A DNA stretch of 64,000 nucleotides, taken from NCBI RefSeq assembly GCF_009914755.1, contig NC_060933.1. The stretch is one strand, 5' to 3'. Below are positions 1 to 13,849 of this stretch, one piece after another. The translations under genes were made by a program, and so were the position numbers. Under the pieces are notes generated by a model. That model had not been told where the DNA came from. It saw nothing but the letters and a program-made list of their open reading frames with translations, and ran no database searches. The DNA is from the human T2T-CHM13v2.0 reference genome, Homo sapiens. Numbering within the stretch: the first letter of the stretch is position 1; every line of letters starts with the position of its first letter.

Positions 1-375
1 ATATGCAAGTTGATATTTAGATAGCTAGGAAGATTTCCTTGGAAACGGGAATATCTTCATATAAAATCTAGACGGAAGCATTCTCAGAAAGTGCTTTGTG
101 ATGTTTGCATTCAAGTCACAGAGTTGAATATTCCCTTTTATAGAGCAGGTTTGAAACACTCTTTCTGCACTACCTGGAAGTGGACATTTGGAGCGCTTTG
201 AGGCCTATGTTGAAAAAGGAAATATCTTCCCATAAAAACTAGACAGATGCATTCTCAGAAACTTGTTTGTGATGTGTGTATTCAACTAACAGAGATGAAC
301 CTTTCTTTTTACAGAGCAGTTTTGAAACACTCTTTTTGTGGAATCTGAAAGTGGATATTTGGATAGCTTCGAGGA

Positions 376-392
376 TTTCGTTGGAAACGGGA
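376..392 (+). promoter_or_regulatory. CENP-B box, monomer A (representative; present in nearly every A monomer)
   Basis: tttcgttggaaacggga matches NTTCGNNNNANNCGGGN. Confidence 0.95.
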
Positions 393-543
393 TTACATAT
401 AAAATCTAGAGAGAAGCATTCTCAGGAACTTCTTTGTGATGTTTGCATTCAAGTCACAGAACTGAACATTCCCTTTCATAGAGCATGTTTGAAACACTCT
501 TTCTGTAGTATCTGCAAGCGGACGTTTCAAGCGCTTTCAGGCC

Positions 544-560
544 TATGGTGAGAAAGGAAA
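544..560 (+). promoter_or_regulatory. pJ-alpha-like box in an A-type monomer (representative)
   Basis: ctatggtgagaaaggaa sits at the position equivalent to the CENP-B box and is close to the pJ-alpha motif CTAYGGTGRAAAAGGAA. Confidence 0.65.
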
Positions 561-1393
561 TATCTTCAAGTAAAAACTAGACAGAAGCATTCTCAGAAAC
601 TTATTTGCCATGTGTGTCCTCAACTAACAGAGTTGAACCTTTGTTTTGATACGGCATTTTGGAAACACTCTTTTTGTAGAATCTGCAGGTGGATATTCGG
701 ATAGCTTTGAAGGATTCGTTGGAAACGGGAATATCTTCATATAAAATCTAGACGGAAGCATTCTCAGAAACTGCTTTGTGATGTTTTCATTCAAGTCACA
801 GAGTAGAATGTTCCCTTTTATATACCAGGTTTGAGACACTCTTTCTGCACTATCTGGAAGTGGACATTTGGAGCGCTTTGAGGCCTATGATGAAAAAGGA
901 AATATCTTCCCATAAAAACTAGACAGAAGCATTCTCAGAAACTTGTTTGTGATGTGTGTATTCAACTAACAGAGATGAACCTTTCTTTTTACAGAGCAGT
1001 TTTGAAACAATCTTTTTGTGGAATCTGAAAGTGGATATTTGGATAGCTTTGAGGATTTCGTTGGAAACGGGATTACATATAAAATCTAGAGAGAAGCATT
1101 CTCAGGAACTTCTTTGTGATGTTTCCATTCACGTCACAGAACTGAACATTCCCTTTCATAGAGCATGTTTGAAACACTCTTTCTGTAGTATCTGCAAACG
1201 GACATTTCAAGCGCTTTCAGGCCTATGGTAAGAAAGGAAATATCTTCAAATAAAAACTAGACAGAAGCATTCTCAGAAACTTATTTGCGATGTGTGTCCT
1301 CAACTAACAGAGTTGAACCTTTGTTTTGATACAACATTTTGGAAACACTCTTTTTGTAGAATCTGCAAGTGGATATTTGGATAGCTTTGAAGG

Positions 1394-1410
1394 TTTCGTT
1401 GGAAACGGGA
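1394..1410 (+). promoter_or_regulatory. CENP-B box, monomer C (representative)
   Basis: tttcgttggaaacggga retains all 9 essential bases. Confidence 0.95.
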
Positions 1411-1735
1411 ATATCTTCATATAAAATCAAGACAGAAGCATTCTCAGAAACTTCTCTGTGATGTTTGCATTCAACTCATAGAGTTGAACACTTCCCTTCA
1501 TAGAGCAGGTTTGAAACACTCTTTTTGTAATATTTGGAAGTGGACATTTGCAGCGCTTTGAGGCCTATGTTGAAAAAGGAAATATCTTCTCCTAAAAACC
1601 AGACAGAAGCATTCTCAGAAACTTCCTTGTGATGTGTGTACTCAAGTAACAGAGTTGAACCTTCCTTTTGACAGAGCCGTTTTGAAACAGTCTTTTTGTA
1701 GAATCTGGAAGTAGATATTTGGACACCTTTGAGGA

Positions 1736-1752
1736 TTTCTTTGGAAACGGGA
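1736..1752 (+). promoter_or_regulatory. Degenerate CENP-B box in monomer E (flank allele)
   Basis: tttctttggaaacggga has lost essential G5. The next monomer, F, is also degenerate (tttccttggaaacggga). Confidence 0.8.
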
Positions 1753-4287
1753 TATCTTCATATAAAATCTAGACAGAAGCATTCTCAGAAACTTCTTTGT
1801 GCTGTATGTCCTCAATTAACAGAGTTGAACCTTTGTGTGGATACAGCATTTTGGAAACACTCCTTTAGTAGAGTCTGCAAGTTGATATTTAGATAGCTAG
1901 GAAGATTTCCTTGGAAACGGGAATATCTTCATATAAAATCTAGACGGAAGCATTCTCAGAAAGTGCTTTGTGATGTTTGCATTCAAGTCACGGAGTTGAA
2001 TATTCCCTTTTATAGAGCAGGTTTGAAACACTCTTTCTGCACTACCTGGAAGTGCACATTTGGAGCGCTTTGAGGCCTATGTTGAAAAAGGAAATATCTT
2101 CCCATAAAAACTAGACAGAAGCATTCTCAGAAATTTGTTTGTGATGTGTGTATTCAACTAACAGAGATGAACCTTTCTTTTTACAGAGCAGTTTTGAAAC
2201 ACTCTTTTTGTGGAATCTGAAAGTGGATATTTGGATAGCTTTGAGGATTTCGTTGGAAACGGGATTACATATAAAACCTAGAGAGAAGCATTCTCAGGAA
2301 CTTCTTTGTGATGTTTGCATTCAAGTCACAGAACTGAACATTCCCTTTCATAGAGCAGGTTTGACACACTCTTTCTGTAGTATCTGCAAGCTGACGTTTC
2401 AAGCGCTTTCAGGCCTATGGTGAGAAAGGAAATATCTGCAAGTAAAAACTAGACAGAAGCATTCTCAGAAACTTATTTGCCATGTGTGTTCTCAACTAAC
2501 AGAGTTGAACCTTTGTTTTGATACGGCATTTTGGAAACACTCTTTTTGTAGAATCTGCAGGTGGATATTCGGATAGCTTTGAAGGTTTCGTTGGAAACGG
2601 GAATATCTTCATATAAAATCTGGACGGAAGCATTCTCAGAAACTGCTTTGTGATGTTTTCATTCAAGTCACAGAGTAGAATGTTCCCTGTTATATACCAG
2701 GTTTGAGACACTCTTTCTGCACTACCTGGAAGTGGACGTTTGGAGCGATTTGAGGCCTATGTTGAAAAAGGAAATATCTTCCCACAAAAACTAGACAGAA
2801 GCATTCTCAGAAACTTGTTTGTGATGTGTGTATTCAACTAACAGAGATGAACCTTTCTTTTTACAGAGCAGTTTTGAAACACTCTTTTTGTGGAATCTGA
2901 AAGTGGATATTTGGATAGCTTTGAGGATTTCGTTGGAAACGGGATTACATATAAAATCTAGAGAGAAGCATTCTCAGGAACTTCTTTGTGATGTTTGCAT
3001 TCACGTCACAGAACTGAACATTCCCTTTCATAGAGCATGTTTGAAACACTCTTTCTGTAGTATCTGCAAATGGACATTTCAAACGCTTTCAGGCCTATGG
3101 TGAGAAAGGAAATATCTTCAAATAAAAACTAGACAGAAGCATTCTCAGAAACTTATTTGCGATGTGTGTCCTCAGCTAACAGAGTTGAACCTTTCTTTTG
3201 ATACAACATTTTGGAACCACTCTTTTTGTAGAATCTGCAAGTGGATATTTGGATAGCTTTGAAGGTTTCGTTGGAAACGGGAATATCTTCATATAAAATC
3301 AAGACAGAAGCATTCTCAGAAACTTCTCTGTGATGTTTGCATTCAACTCATAGAGTTGATCACTTCCCTTCATACAGCAGGTTTGAAACACTCTTTTTGT
3401 AATATTTGGAAGTGGACATTTGCAGCGCTTTGAGGCCTATGATGAAAAAGGAAATATCTTCCCATAAAAACTAGACAGAAGCATTCTCAGAAACTTGTTT
3501 GTGATGTGTGTATTCAACTAACAGAGATGAACCTTTCTTTTTACAGAGCAGTTTTGAAACACTCTTTTTGTGGAATCTGAAAGTGGATATTTGGATAGCT
3601 TTGCGGATTTCGTTGGAAACGGGATTACATATAAAATCTAGGGAGAAGCATTCTCAGGAACTTCTTTGTGATGTTTGCATTCAAGTCACAGAACTGAACA
3701 TTCCCTTTCATAGAGCAGGTTTGAAACACTCTTTCTGTAGTATCTGCAAGCAGACGTTTCAAGCGCTTTCAGGCCTGTGGTGAAAAAGGAAATATCTTCA
3801 AATAAAAACTAGACAGAGGCATTCTCAGAAACTTATTTGCGATGTGTGTTCTCAACTAAAAGAGTTGAAGCTTTGTTTGGATACAACATTTTGGAAACAC
3901 TCTTTTTGTAGAATCTGCAAGTGGATATTTGGATAGCTGTGAAGGTTTCTTTGGAAACGGGAATATCTTCATATAAAATCAAGACAGAAGCATTCTCAGA
4001 AACTTCTCTGTGATGTTTGCATTCAACTCATAGAGTTGAACACTTCCCTTCATACAGCAGGTTTGAAACACTCTTTTTGTAATATTTGGAAGTGGACATT
4101 TGCAGCGCTTTGAGGCCTATGTTGAAAAAGGAAATATCTTCTCCTAAAAACCAGACAGAAGCATTCTCAGAAACTTCCTTGTGATGTGTGTACTCAAGTA
4201 ACAGAGTTGAACCTTCCTTTTGACAGAGCAGTTTTGAAGCACTCTTTTTGTAGAATCTGCAAGTGGATATTTTGATACCTTTGAGGA

Positions 4288-4304
4288 TTTCGTTGGACAC
4301 GGGA
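4288..4304 (+). promoter_or_regulatory. Variant CENP-B box in monomer E, predicted intact (representative)
   Basis: tttcgttggacacggga retains TTCG, A10 and CGGG; only non-essential position 11 differs. Confidence 0.75.
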
Positions 4305-7300
4305 TATCTTCATATAAAATCTAGACAGAAGCATTCTCAGAAACTTCTTTGTGCTGTATGTCCTCAATTAACAGAGTTGAACCTTTGTGTGGATACAGCA
4401 TTTTGGAAACATTCCTTTAGTAGAATCTGCAAGTTGATATTTAGATAGCTAGGAAGATTTCCTTGGAAACGGGAATATCTTCATATATAATCTAGACGGA
4501 AGCATTCTCAGAAAGTGCTTTGTGATGTTTGCATTCAAGTCACAGAGTTGAATATTCCCTTTTATAGAGCAGGTTTGAAACACTCTTTCTGCACTACCTG
4601 GAAGTGGACATTTGGAGCGCTTTGAGGCCTATGTTGAAAAAGGAAATATCTTCCCATAAAAACTAGACAGAAGCATTCTCAGAAACTTGTTTGTGATGTG
4701 TGTATTCAACTAACAGAGATGAACCTTTCTTTTTACAGAGCAGTTTTGAAACACTCCTTTTGTGGAATCTGAAAGTGGATATTTGGATAGCTTTGAGGAT
4801 TTCATTGGAAACGGGATTACATATAAAACCTAGAGAGAAGCATTCTCAGGAACTTCTTTGTGATGTTTGCATTCAAGTCACAGAACTGAACATTCCCTTT
4901 CATAGAGCAGGTTTGAAACACTCTTTCTGTAGTATCTGCAAGCTGACGTTTCAAGCGCTTTCAGGCCTATGGTGAGAAAGGAAATATCTTCAAGTAAAAA
5001 CTAGACAGAAGCATTCTCAGAAACTTATTTGCCATGTGTGTTCTCAACTAACATAGTTGAACCTTTTTTTTGATACGGCATTTTGGAAACACTCTTTTTG
5101 TAGAATGTGCAGGTGGATATTCGGATAGCTTTGAAGGTTTCGTTGGAAACGGGAATATCTTCATATAAAATCTAGACGGAAGCATTCTGAGAAACTGCTT
5201 TGTGATGTTTTCATTCAAGTCACAGAGTAGAATGTTCCCTGTTATATACCAGGTTTGAGACACGCTTTCTGCACTACCTGGAAGTGGACATTTGGAGCGC
5301 TTTGAGGCCTATGATGAAAAAGGAAATATCTTCCCATAAAAACTAGACAGAAGCATTCTCAGAAACTTGTTTGTGATGTGTGTATTCAACTAACAGAGAT
5401 GAACCTTTCTTTTTACAGAGCAGTTTTGAAACACTCTTTTTGTGGAATCTGAAAGTGGATATTTGGATAGCTTTGAGGATTTCGTTGGAAACGGGATTAC
5501 ATATAAAATCTAGAGAGAAGCATTCTCAGGAACTTCTTTGTGATGTTTGCATTCACGTCACAGAACTGAACATTCCCTTTCATAGAGCATGTTTGAAACA
5601 CTCTTTCTGTAGTATCTGCAAACGGACATTTCAAACGCTTTCAGGCCTATGGTGAGAAAGGAAATATCTTCAAATAAAAACTAGACAGAAGCATTCTCAG
5701 AAACTTATTTGCGATGTGTGTCCTCAACTAACAGAGTTGAACCTTTCTTTTGATACAACATTTTGGAAACACTCTTTTTGTAGAATCTGCTGGTGGATAT
5801 TTGGATAGCTTTGAAGGTTTCGTTGGAAACGGGAATATCTTCATATAAAATCAAGACAGAAGCATTCTCAGAAACTTCTCTGTGATGTTTGCATTCAACT
5901 CATAGAGTTGAACACTTCCCTTCATACAGCAGGTTTGAAACACTCTTTTTGTAATATTTGGAAGTGGACATTTGCAGCGCTTTGAGGCCTATGTTGAAAA
6001 AGGAAATATCTTCTCCTAAAAACCAGACAGAAGCATTCTCAGAAACTTCCTTGTGATGTGTGTACTCAAGTAACAGAGTTGAACCTTACTTTTGACAGAG
6101 CCGTTTTGAAACAGTCTTTTTGTAGAATCTGGAAGTAGATATTTGGATACCTTTGAGGATTTCTTTGGAAACGGGATATCTTCATATAAAACCTAGACAG
6201 AAGCATTCTCAGAAACTTCTTTGTGCTGTATGTCCTCAATTAACAGAGTTGAACCTTTGTGTGGATACAGCATTTTGGAAACACTCCTTTAGTAGAATCT
6301 GCAAGTTGATATTTAGATAGCTAGGAAGATTTCCTTGGAAACGGGAATATCTTCACATAAAATCTAGACGGAAGCATTCTCAGAAACTGCTTTGTGATGT
6401 CTTCATTGAAGTCACAGAGTAGAATGTTCCCTTTTATAGAGCAGGTTTGAAACACTCAGTGCACTACCTGGAAGTGGACATTTGGAGCGCTTTGAGGCCT
6501 ATGTTGAAAAAGGAAATATCTTCCCATAGAAACTAGACAGAAGCATTCTCAGAAACTTGTTTGTGATGTGTGTATTCAACTAACAGAGATGAACCTTTCT
6601 TTTTACAGAGCAGTTTTGAAACACTCTTTTTGTGGAATCTGAAAGTGGATATTTGGATAACTTTGAGGATTTCGTTGGAAACGGGATTACATATAAAATC
6701 TAGGGAGAAGCATTCTCAGGAACTTCTTTGTGATGTTTGCATTCAAGTCACAGAACTGAACATTCCCTTTCATAGAGCAGGTTTGAAACACTCTTTCTGT
6801 AGTATCTGCAAGCGGAAGTTTCAAGCGCTTTCAGGCCTGTGGTGAAAAAGGAAATATCTTCAAATAAAAACTAGACAAAAGCATTCTCAGAAACTTATTT
6901 GCGATGTGTGTTGTCAACTAACAGAGTTGAACCTTTGTTTTGATACAGCATTTTGGAAACACTCTTTTTGTAGGATCTGCCGGTGGATATTTGGATAGCT
7001 TTGAAGGTTTCGTTGGAAACGGGAATATCCTCATATAAAATCAAGACAGAAGCATTCTCAGAAACTTCTCTGTGATGTTTGCATTCAACTCATAGAGTTG
7101 AACACTACCTTTCATAGAGCAGGTTTGAAACACTCTGTGCACTACCTGGAAGTGGACATTTGGAGCGCTTTGAGGCCTATGTTGAAAAAGGAAATATCTT
7201 CCCATAAAAACTAGACAGAAGCATTCTCAGAAACTTGTTTGTGATGTGTGTATTCAACTAACAGAGATGAACCTTTCTTTTTACAGAGCAGTTTTGAAAC

Positions 7301-10300
7301 ACTCTTTTTGTGGAATCTGAAAGTGGATATTTGGATAGCTTTGAGGATTTCGTTGGAAACGGGATTACATATAAAATCTAGGGAGAAGCATTCTCAGGAA
7401 CTTCTTTGTGATGTTTGCATTCAAGTCACAGAACTGAACATTCCCTTTCATAGAGCAGCTTTGAAACACTCTTTCTGTAGTATCTGCAAGCGGACGTTTC
7501 AAGCGCTTTCAGGCCTGTGGTGAAAAAGGAAATATCTTCAAATAAAAACTAGACAGAAGCATTCTCAGAAACTTATTTGCGATGTGTGTTCTCAACTAAC
7601 AGAGTTGAACCTTTGTTTTGATACAGCATTTTGGAAACACTCTTTTTGTAGGATCTGCAGGTGGATATTTGGATAGCTATGAAGGTTTCGTTGGAAACGG
7701 GAATATCTTCATATAAAATCAACACAGAAGCATTCTCAGAATCTTGTCTGTGATGTTTGCATTCAACTCATAGAGTTGAACACTTCCTTTCATAGAGCTG
7801 GTTTGAAATACTCTTTTTGTAATATTTGGAAGTGGACATTGGCAGCGCTTTGAAGCCTATGGTGAAAAAGGAGATATCTTCTCCTAAAAACCGGACAGAA
7901 GCATTCTCAGAATCTTTCTTGTGATGTGTGCAGTTAAGTAACAGAGTTGAGCCTTCCTTTTGACAGAGCAGTTTTGAAGCACTCTTTTTGTAGAATCTGC
8001 AAGTGGATATTTTGATACCTTTGAGGATTTCTTTGGACACGGGATATCTTCATATAAAATCTAGACAGAAGCATTCTCAGAAACTTCTTTGTGCTGTATG
8101 TCCTCAATTAACAGAGTTGAACCTTTGTTTCGATACAGCATTTTGGAAACATTCCTTTAGTAGAATCTGCAAGTTGATATTTAGATAGCTAGGAAGATTT
8201 CCTTGGAAACGGGAATATCTTCATATAAAATCTAGACGGAAGCATTCTCAGAAAGTGCTTTGTGATGTTTGCATTCAAGTCACAGAGTTGAATATTCCCT
8301 TTTATAGAGCAGGTTTGAAACACTCTTTCTGCACTACCTGGAAGTGCACATTTGGAGCGCTTTGAGGCCTATGTTGAAAAAGGAAATATCTTCCCATAAA
8401 AACTAGACAGATGCATTCTCAGAAACTTGTTTGTGATGTGTGTATTCAACTAACAGAGATGAACCTTTCTTTTTACAGAGCAGTTTTGAAACACTCTTTT
8501 TGTGGAATCTGAAAGTGGATATTTGGATAGCTTTGAGGATTTCGTTGGAAACGGGATTACATATAAAACCTAGAGAGAAGCATTCTCAGGAACTTCTTTG
8601 TGATGTTTGCATTCAAGTCACAGAACTGAACATTCCCTTTCATAGTGCAGGTTTGAAACACTCTTTCTGTGGAATCTGCAAGCTGACGTTTCAAGCGCTT
8701 TCAAGCCTGTGGTGAAAAAGGAAATATCTTCAAATAAAAACTAGACAGAAGCATTCTCAGAAACTTATTTGCGATGTGTGTTCTCAACTAACAGAGTTGA
8801 ACCTTTGTTTGGATACAACATTTTGGAAACACTCTTTTTGTAGAATCTGCAAGTGGATATTTGGATAGCTTTGAAGGTTTCGTTGTTAACGGGAATATCT
8901 TCATATAAAATCAAGACAGAAGCATTCTCAGAAACGTTCCTGTGATGTTTGCATTCAACTCATAGAGTTGAACACTTCCCTTCATACAGCAGGTTTGAAA
9001 CACTCTTTTTGTAATATTTGGAAATGGACATTTGCAGCGCTTTGGGGCCTATGTTGAAAAAGGAAATATCTTCTCCTAAAAACCAGACAGAAGAATTCTC
9101 AGAAACTTCCTTGTGATGTGTGTACTCAAGTAACAGAGTTGAACCTTCCTTTTGACAGAGCAGTTTTGAAGCACTCTTTTTGTAGAATCTGCAAGTGGAT
9201 ATTTTGTTACCTTTGAGGATTTCGTTGGACACGGGATATCTTCATATAAAATCTAGACAGAAGCATTCTCAGAAACTTCTTTGTGCTGTATGTCCTCAAT
9301 TAACAGAGTTGAACCTTTGTGTGGATACAGCATTTTGGAAACATTCCTTTAGTAGAATCTGCAATTTGATATTTAGATAGCTAGGAAGATTTCCTTGGAA
9401 ACGGGAATATCTTCATATAAAATCTAGACGGAAGCATTCTCAGAAACTGCTTTGTGATGTCTTCATTCAAGTCACAGAGTAGAATGTTCCCTTTTATAGA
9501 GCAGGTTTGAAACACTCTGTGCACTACCTGGAAGTGGACATTTGGAGCGCTTTGAGGCCTATGTTGAAAAAGAAAATATCTTCCCATAGAAACTAGACAG
9601 AAGCATTCTCAGAAACTTATTTGTGATGTGTATATTCAACTAACAGAGATGAACCTTTCTTTTTACAGAGCAGTTTTGAAACACTCTTTTTGTGGAATCT
9701 GAAAGTGGATATTTGGACAGCTTTGAAAATTTCGTTGGAAACGGGATTACATATAAAATCTAGGGAGAAGCATTCTCAGGAACTTCTTTGTGATGTTTGC
9801 ATTCAAGTCACAGAACTGAACATTCGCTTTCATAGAGCAGGTTTGAAACAGTCTTTCTGTAGTATCTGCAAGCTGACGTTTCAAGCGCTTTCAGGCCTAT
9901 GGTGAGAAAGGAAATATCTTCAAGAAAAACTAGACAGAAGCATTCTCAGAAACTTATTTGCCATGTGTGTTCTCAACTAACAGAGTTGAACCTTTGTTTT
10001 GATACGGCATTTGGAAACACTCTTTTTGTAGAATCTGCAGGTGGATATTCAGATAGCTTTGAAGGTTTCGTTGGAAACGGGAATATCTTCATATATAATC
10101 TAGACGGAAGCATTCTCAGAAACTGCTTTGTGATGTTTTCATTCAAGTCACAGAGTAGAATGTTCCCTGTTATATACCAGGTTTGAGACCCTCTTTCTGC
10201 ACTACCTGGAAGTGGACATTTGGAGCGCTTTGAGGCCTATGCTGAAAAAGGAAATATCTTCCCATAAAAACTAGACAGAAGCATTCTCAGAAACTTGTTT

Positions 10301-13300
10301 GTGATGTGTGTATTCAACTAACAGAGATGAACCTTTCTTTTTACAGAGCAGTTTTGAAACACTCTTTTTGTGGAATCTGAAAGTGGATATTTGGATAGCT
10401 TTGAGGATTTCGTTGGAAACGGGATTACATATAAAATCTAGAGAGAAGCATTCTCAGGAACTTCTTTGTGATGTTTGCATTCACGTCACAGAACTGAACA
10501 TTCCCTTTCATAGAGCATGTTTGAAACACTCTTTCTGTAGTATCTGCAAACGGACATCTCAAACGCTTTCAGGCCTATGGTGAGAAAGGAAATATCTTCA
10601 AATAAAAACTAGACAGAAGCATTCTCAGAAACTTATTTGTGATGTGTGTCCTCAACTAACAGAGTTGAACCTTTCTTTTGATACAACATTTTGGAAACAC
10701 TCTTTTTGTGGAATCTGCAAGTGGATATTTGGATAGCTTTGAAGGTTTCGTTGGAAACGGGAATATCTTCATATAAAATCAAGACAGAAACATTCTCAGA
10801 AACTTCTCTGTGATGTTTGCATTCAACTCATAGAGTTGAACACTTCCCTTCATACAGCAGGTTTGAAACACTCTTTTTGTAATATTTGGAAGTGGACATT
10901 TGCAGCGCTTTGAGGCCTATGTTGAAAAAGGAAATATCTTCACCTAAAAACCAGACAGAAGCATTCTCAGAAACTTCCTTGTGATGTGTGTACTCAAGTA
11001 ACAGAGTTGAACCTTACTTTTGACAGAGCCGTTTTGAAACAGTCTTTTTGTAGAATCTGGAAGTAGATATTTGGATACATTTGAGGATTTCTTTGGAAAC
11101 GGGATATCTTCATATAAAATCTAGACAGAAGCATTCTCAGAAACTTCTTTGTGCTGTATGTCCTCAATTAACAGAGTTGAACCTTTGTGTGGATACAGCA
11201 TTTTGGAAACACTCCTTTAGTAGAATCTGCAAGTTGATATTTAGATAACTAGGAAGATTTCCTTGGAAACGGGAATATCTTCACATAAAATCTAGACGGA
11301 AGCATTCTCAGAAACTTCTCTGTGATGCTTGCATTCAACTCATAGAGTTGCACACTTCCTTTCATAGAGCAGGTTTGAAACTCTCTGTGCACTACCTGGA
11401 AGAGGACATTTGGAGCGCTTTGAGGCCTATGTTGAAAAAGGAAATATCTTCCCATAAAAACTAGACAGAAGCATTCTCAGAAACTTGTTTGTGATGTGTG
11501 TATTCAACTAACAGAGATGAACCTTTCTTTTTACAGAGCAGTTTTGAAACACTCTTTTTGTGGAATCTGAAAGTGGATATTTGGATAGCTTTGAGGATTT
11601 CGTTGGAAACGGGATTACATATAAAATCTAGGGAGAAGCATTCTCAGGATCTTCTTTGTGATGTTTGCATTCAAGTCACAGAACTGAACATTCCCTTTCA
11701 TAGAGCAGCTTTGAAACTCTCTTTCTGTAGTATCTGCAAGCGGACGTTTCAAGCGCTTTCAGGCCTGTGGTGAAAAAGGAAATATCTTCAAATAAAAACT
11801 AGACAGAAGCATTCACAGAAACTTATTTGCGATCTGTGTTCTCAACTAACAGAGTTGAACCTTTGTTTTGATACAGCATTTTGGAAACACTCTTTTTGTA
11901 GGATCTGCAGGTGGATATTTGGATAGCTTTGAAGGTTTCGTTGGAAACGGGAATATCTTCATATAAAATCAACACAGAAGCATTCTCAGAAACTTCTCTG
12001 TGATGTTTGCATTCAACTCATAGAGTTGAACACTTCCTTTCATAGAGCTGGTTTGAAATACTGTTTTTGTAATATTTGGAAGTGGACATTGGCAGCGCTT
12101 TGAAGCCTATGGTGAAAAAGGAGATATCTTCTCCTAAAAACCAGACAGAAGTATTCTCAGAATCTTTCTTGTGATGTGTGTACTCAAGTAACAGAGTTGA
12201 ACCTTCATTTTGACAGAGCAGTTTTGAAGCACTCTTTTTGCAGAATCTACAAGTGGATATTTTGATACCTTTGAGGATTTCGTTGGACACGGGATATCTT
12301 CATATAAAATCTAGACAGAAGCATTCTCAGAAACTTCTTTGTGCTGTATGTCCTCAATTAACAGTGTTGAACCTTTGTGTGGATACAGCATTTTGGAAAA
12401 ACTCCTTTAGTAGAATCTGCAAGTTGATATTTAGATAGCTAGGAAGTTTTCCTTGGAAACGGGAATATCTTCACATAAAATCTAGACGGAAGCATTCTCA
12501 GAAACTGCTTTGTGATGTCTTCATTCAAGTCACAGAGTAGAATGTTCCCTTTTATAGAGCAGGTTTGAAACACTCAGTGCACTACCTGGAAGTGGACATT
12601 TGGAGCGCTTTGAGGCCTGTGTTGAAAAAGGAAATATCTTCCCATAAAAACTAGACAGAAGCATTCTCAGAAACTTGTTTGTGATGTGTGTATTCAACTA
12701 ACAGAGATGAACCTTTCTTTTTACAGAGCAGTTTTGAAACACTCTTTTTGTGGAATCTGAAAGTGGATATTTGGATAGCTTTGAGGATTTCGTTGGAAAC
12801 GGGATTACATATAAAATCTAGGGAGAAGCATTCTCAGGAACTTCTTTGTGATGTTTACATTCAAGTCACAGAACTGAACATTCCCTTTCATAGAGCAGGT
12901 TTGAAACACTCTTTCTGTAGTTTCTGCAAGCGGACGTTTCAAGCGCTTTCAGGCCTATGGTGTGAAAGGAAATATCTTCAAGTAAAAACTAGACAGAAGC
13001 ATTCTCAGAAACTTATTTGCCATGTGTGTTCTCAACTAACAGAATTGAACCTTTGTTTTGATACGGCATTTTGGCAACACTCTTTTTGTAGGATCTGCCG
13101 GTGGATATTTGGATAGCTTTGAAGGTTTCGTTGGAAACGGGAATATCCTCATATAAAATCAAGACAGAAGCATTCTCGGAAACTTCTCTGTGATGTTTGC
13201 ATTCAACTCATAGAGTTGAACACTTCCTTTCATAGAGCAGGTTTGAAACACTCTGTGCACTACCTGGAAGTGGACATTTGGAGCGCTTTGAGGCCTATGT

Positions 13301-13849
13301 TGAAAAAGGAAATATCTTCCCATAAAAACTAGACAGAAGCATTCTCAGAAACTTGTTTGTGATGTGTGTATTCAACTAACAGAGATGAACCTTTCTTTTT
13401 ACAGAGCAGTTTTGAAACACTCTTTTTGTGGAATCTGAAAGTGGATATTTGGATAGCTTTGAGGATTTCGTTGGAAACGGGATTACATATAAAATCTAGG
13501 GAGAAGCATTCTCAGGAACTTCTTTGTGATGTTTGCATTCAAGTCACAGAACTGAACATTCCCTTTCATAGAGCAGGTTTGAAACACTCTGTCTGTAGTA
13601 TCTGCAAGCGGACGTTTGAAGCGCTTTCAGGCCTGTGGTGAAAAAGGAAATATCTTCAAATAAAAATTAGACAGAAGCATTCTCAGAAACTTATTTGCGA
13701 TGTGTGTTCTCAACTAACAGAGTTGAACCTTTGTTTGGATACAACATTTTGGAAACACTCTTTTTGTAGAATCTGCTAGTGGATATTTGGATAGCTTTGA
13801 AGGTTTCGTTGGAAACGGGAATATCTTCATATAAAATCAAGACAGAAGC

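Larger units (their letters stand above)
260..2131 (+). repeat. Canonical 11-mer HOR copy (4-mer + 7-mer), flank haplotype
   Basis: Monomer-A markers at 276, 956 and 2148 give spacings of 680 and 1192. It shares 'cccttttatatacc', 'actatctgga', 'ggtaagaaag' and 'gagcatgttt' (both B monomers) with the right-hand block. Confidence 0.8.

Noticed and set aside
57-66. TATA-like 'catataaaat' motifs as promoters
   Set aside because: They are part of the monomer consensus, and nothing in the sequence supports promoter activity.
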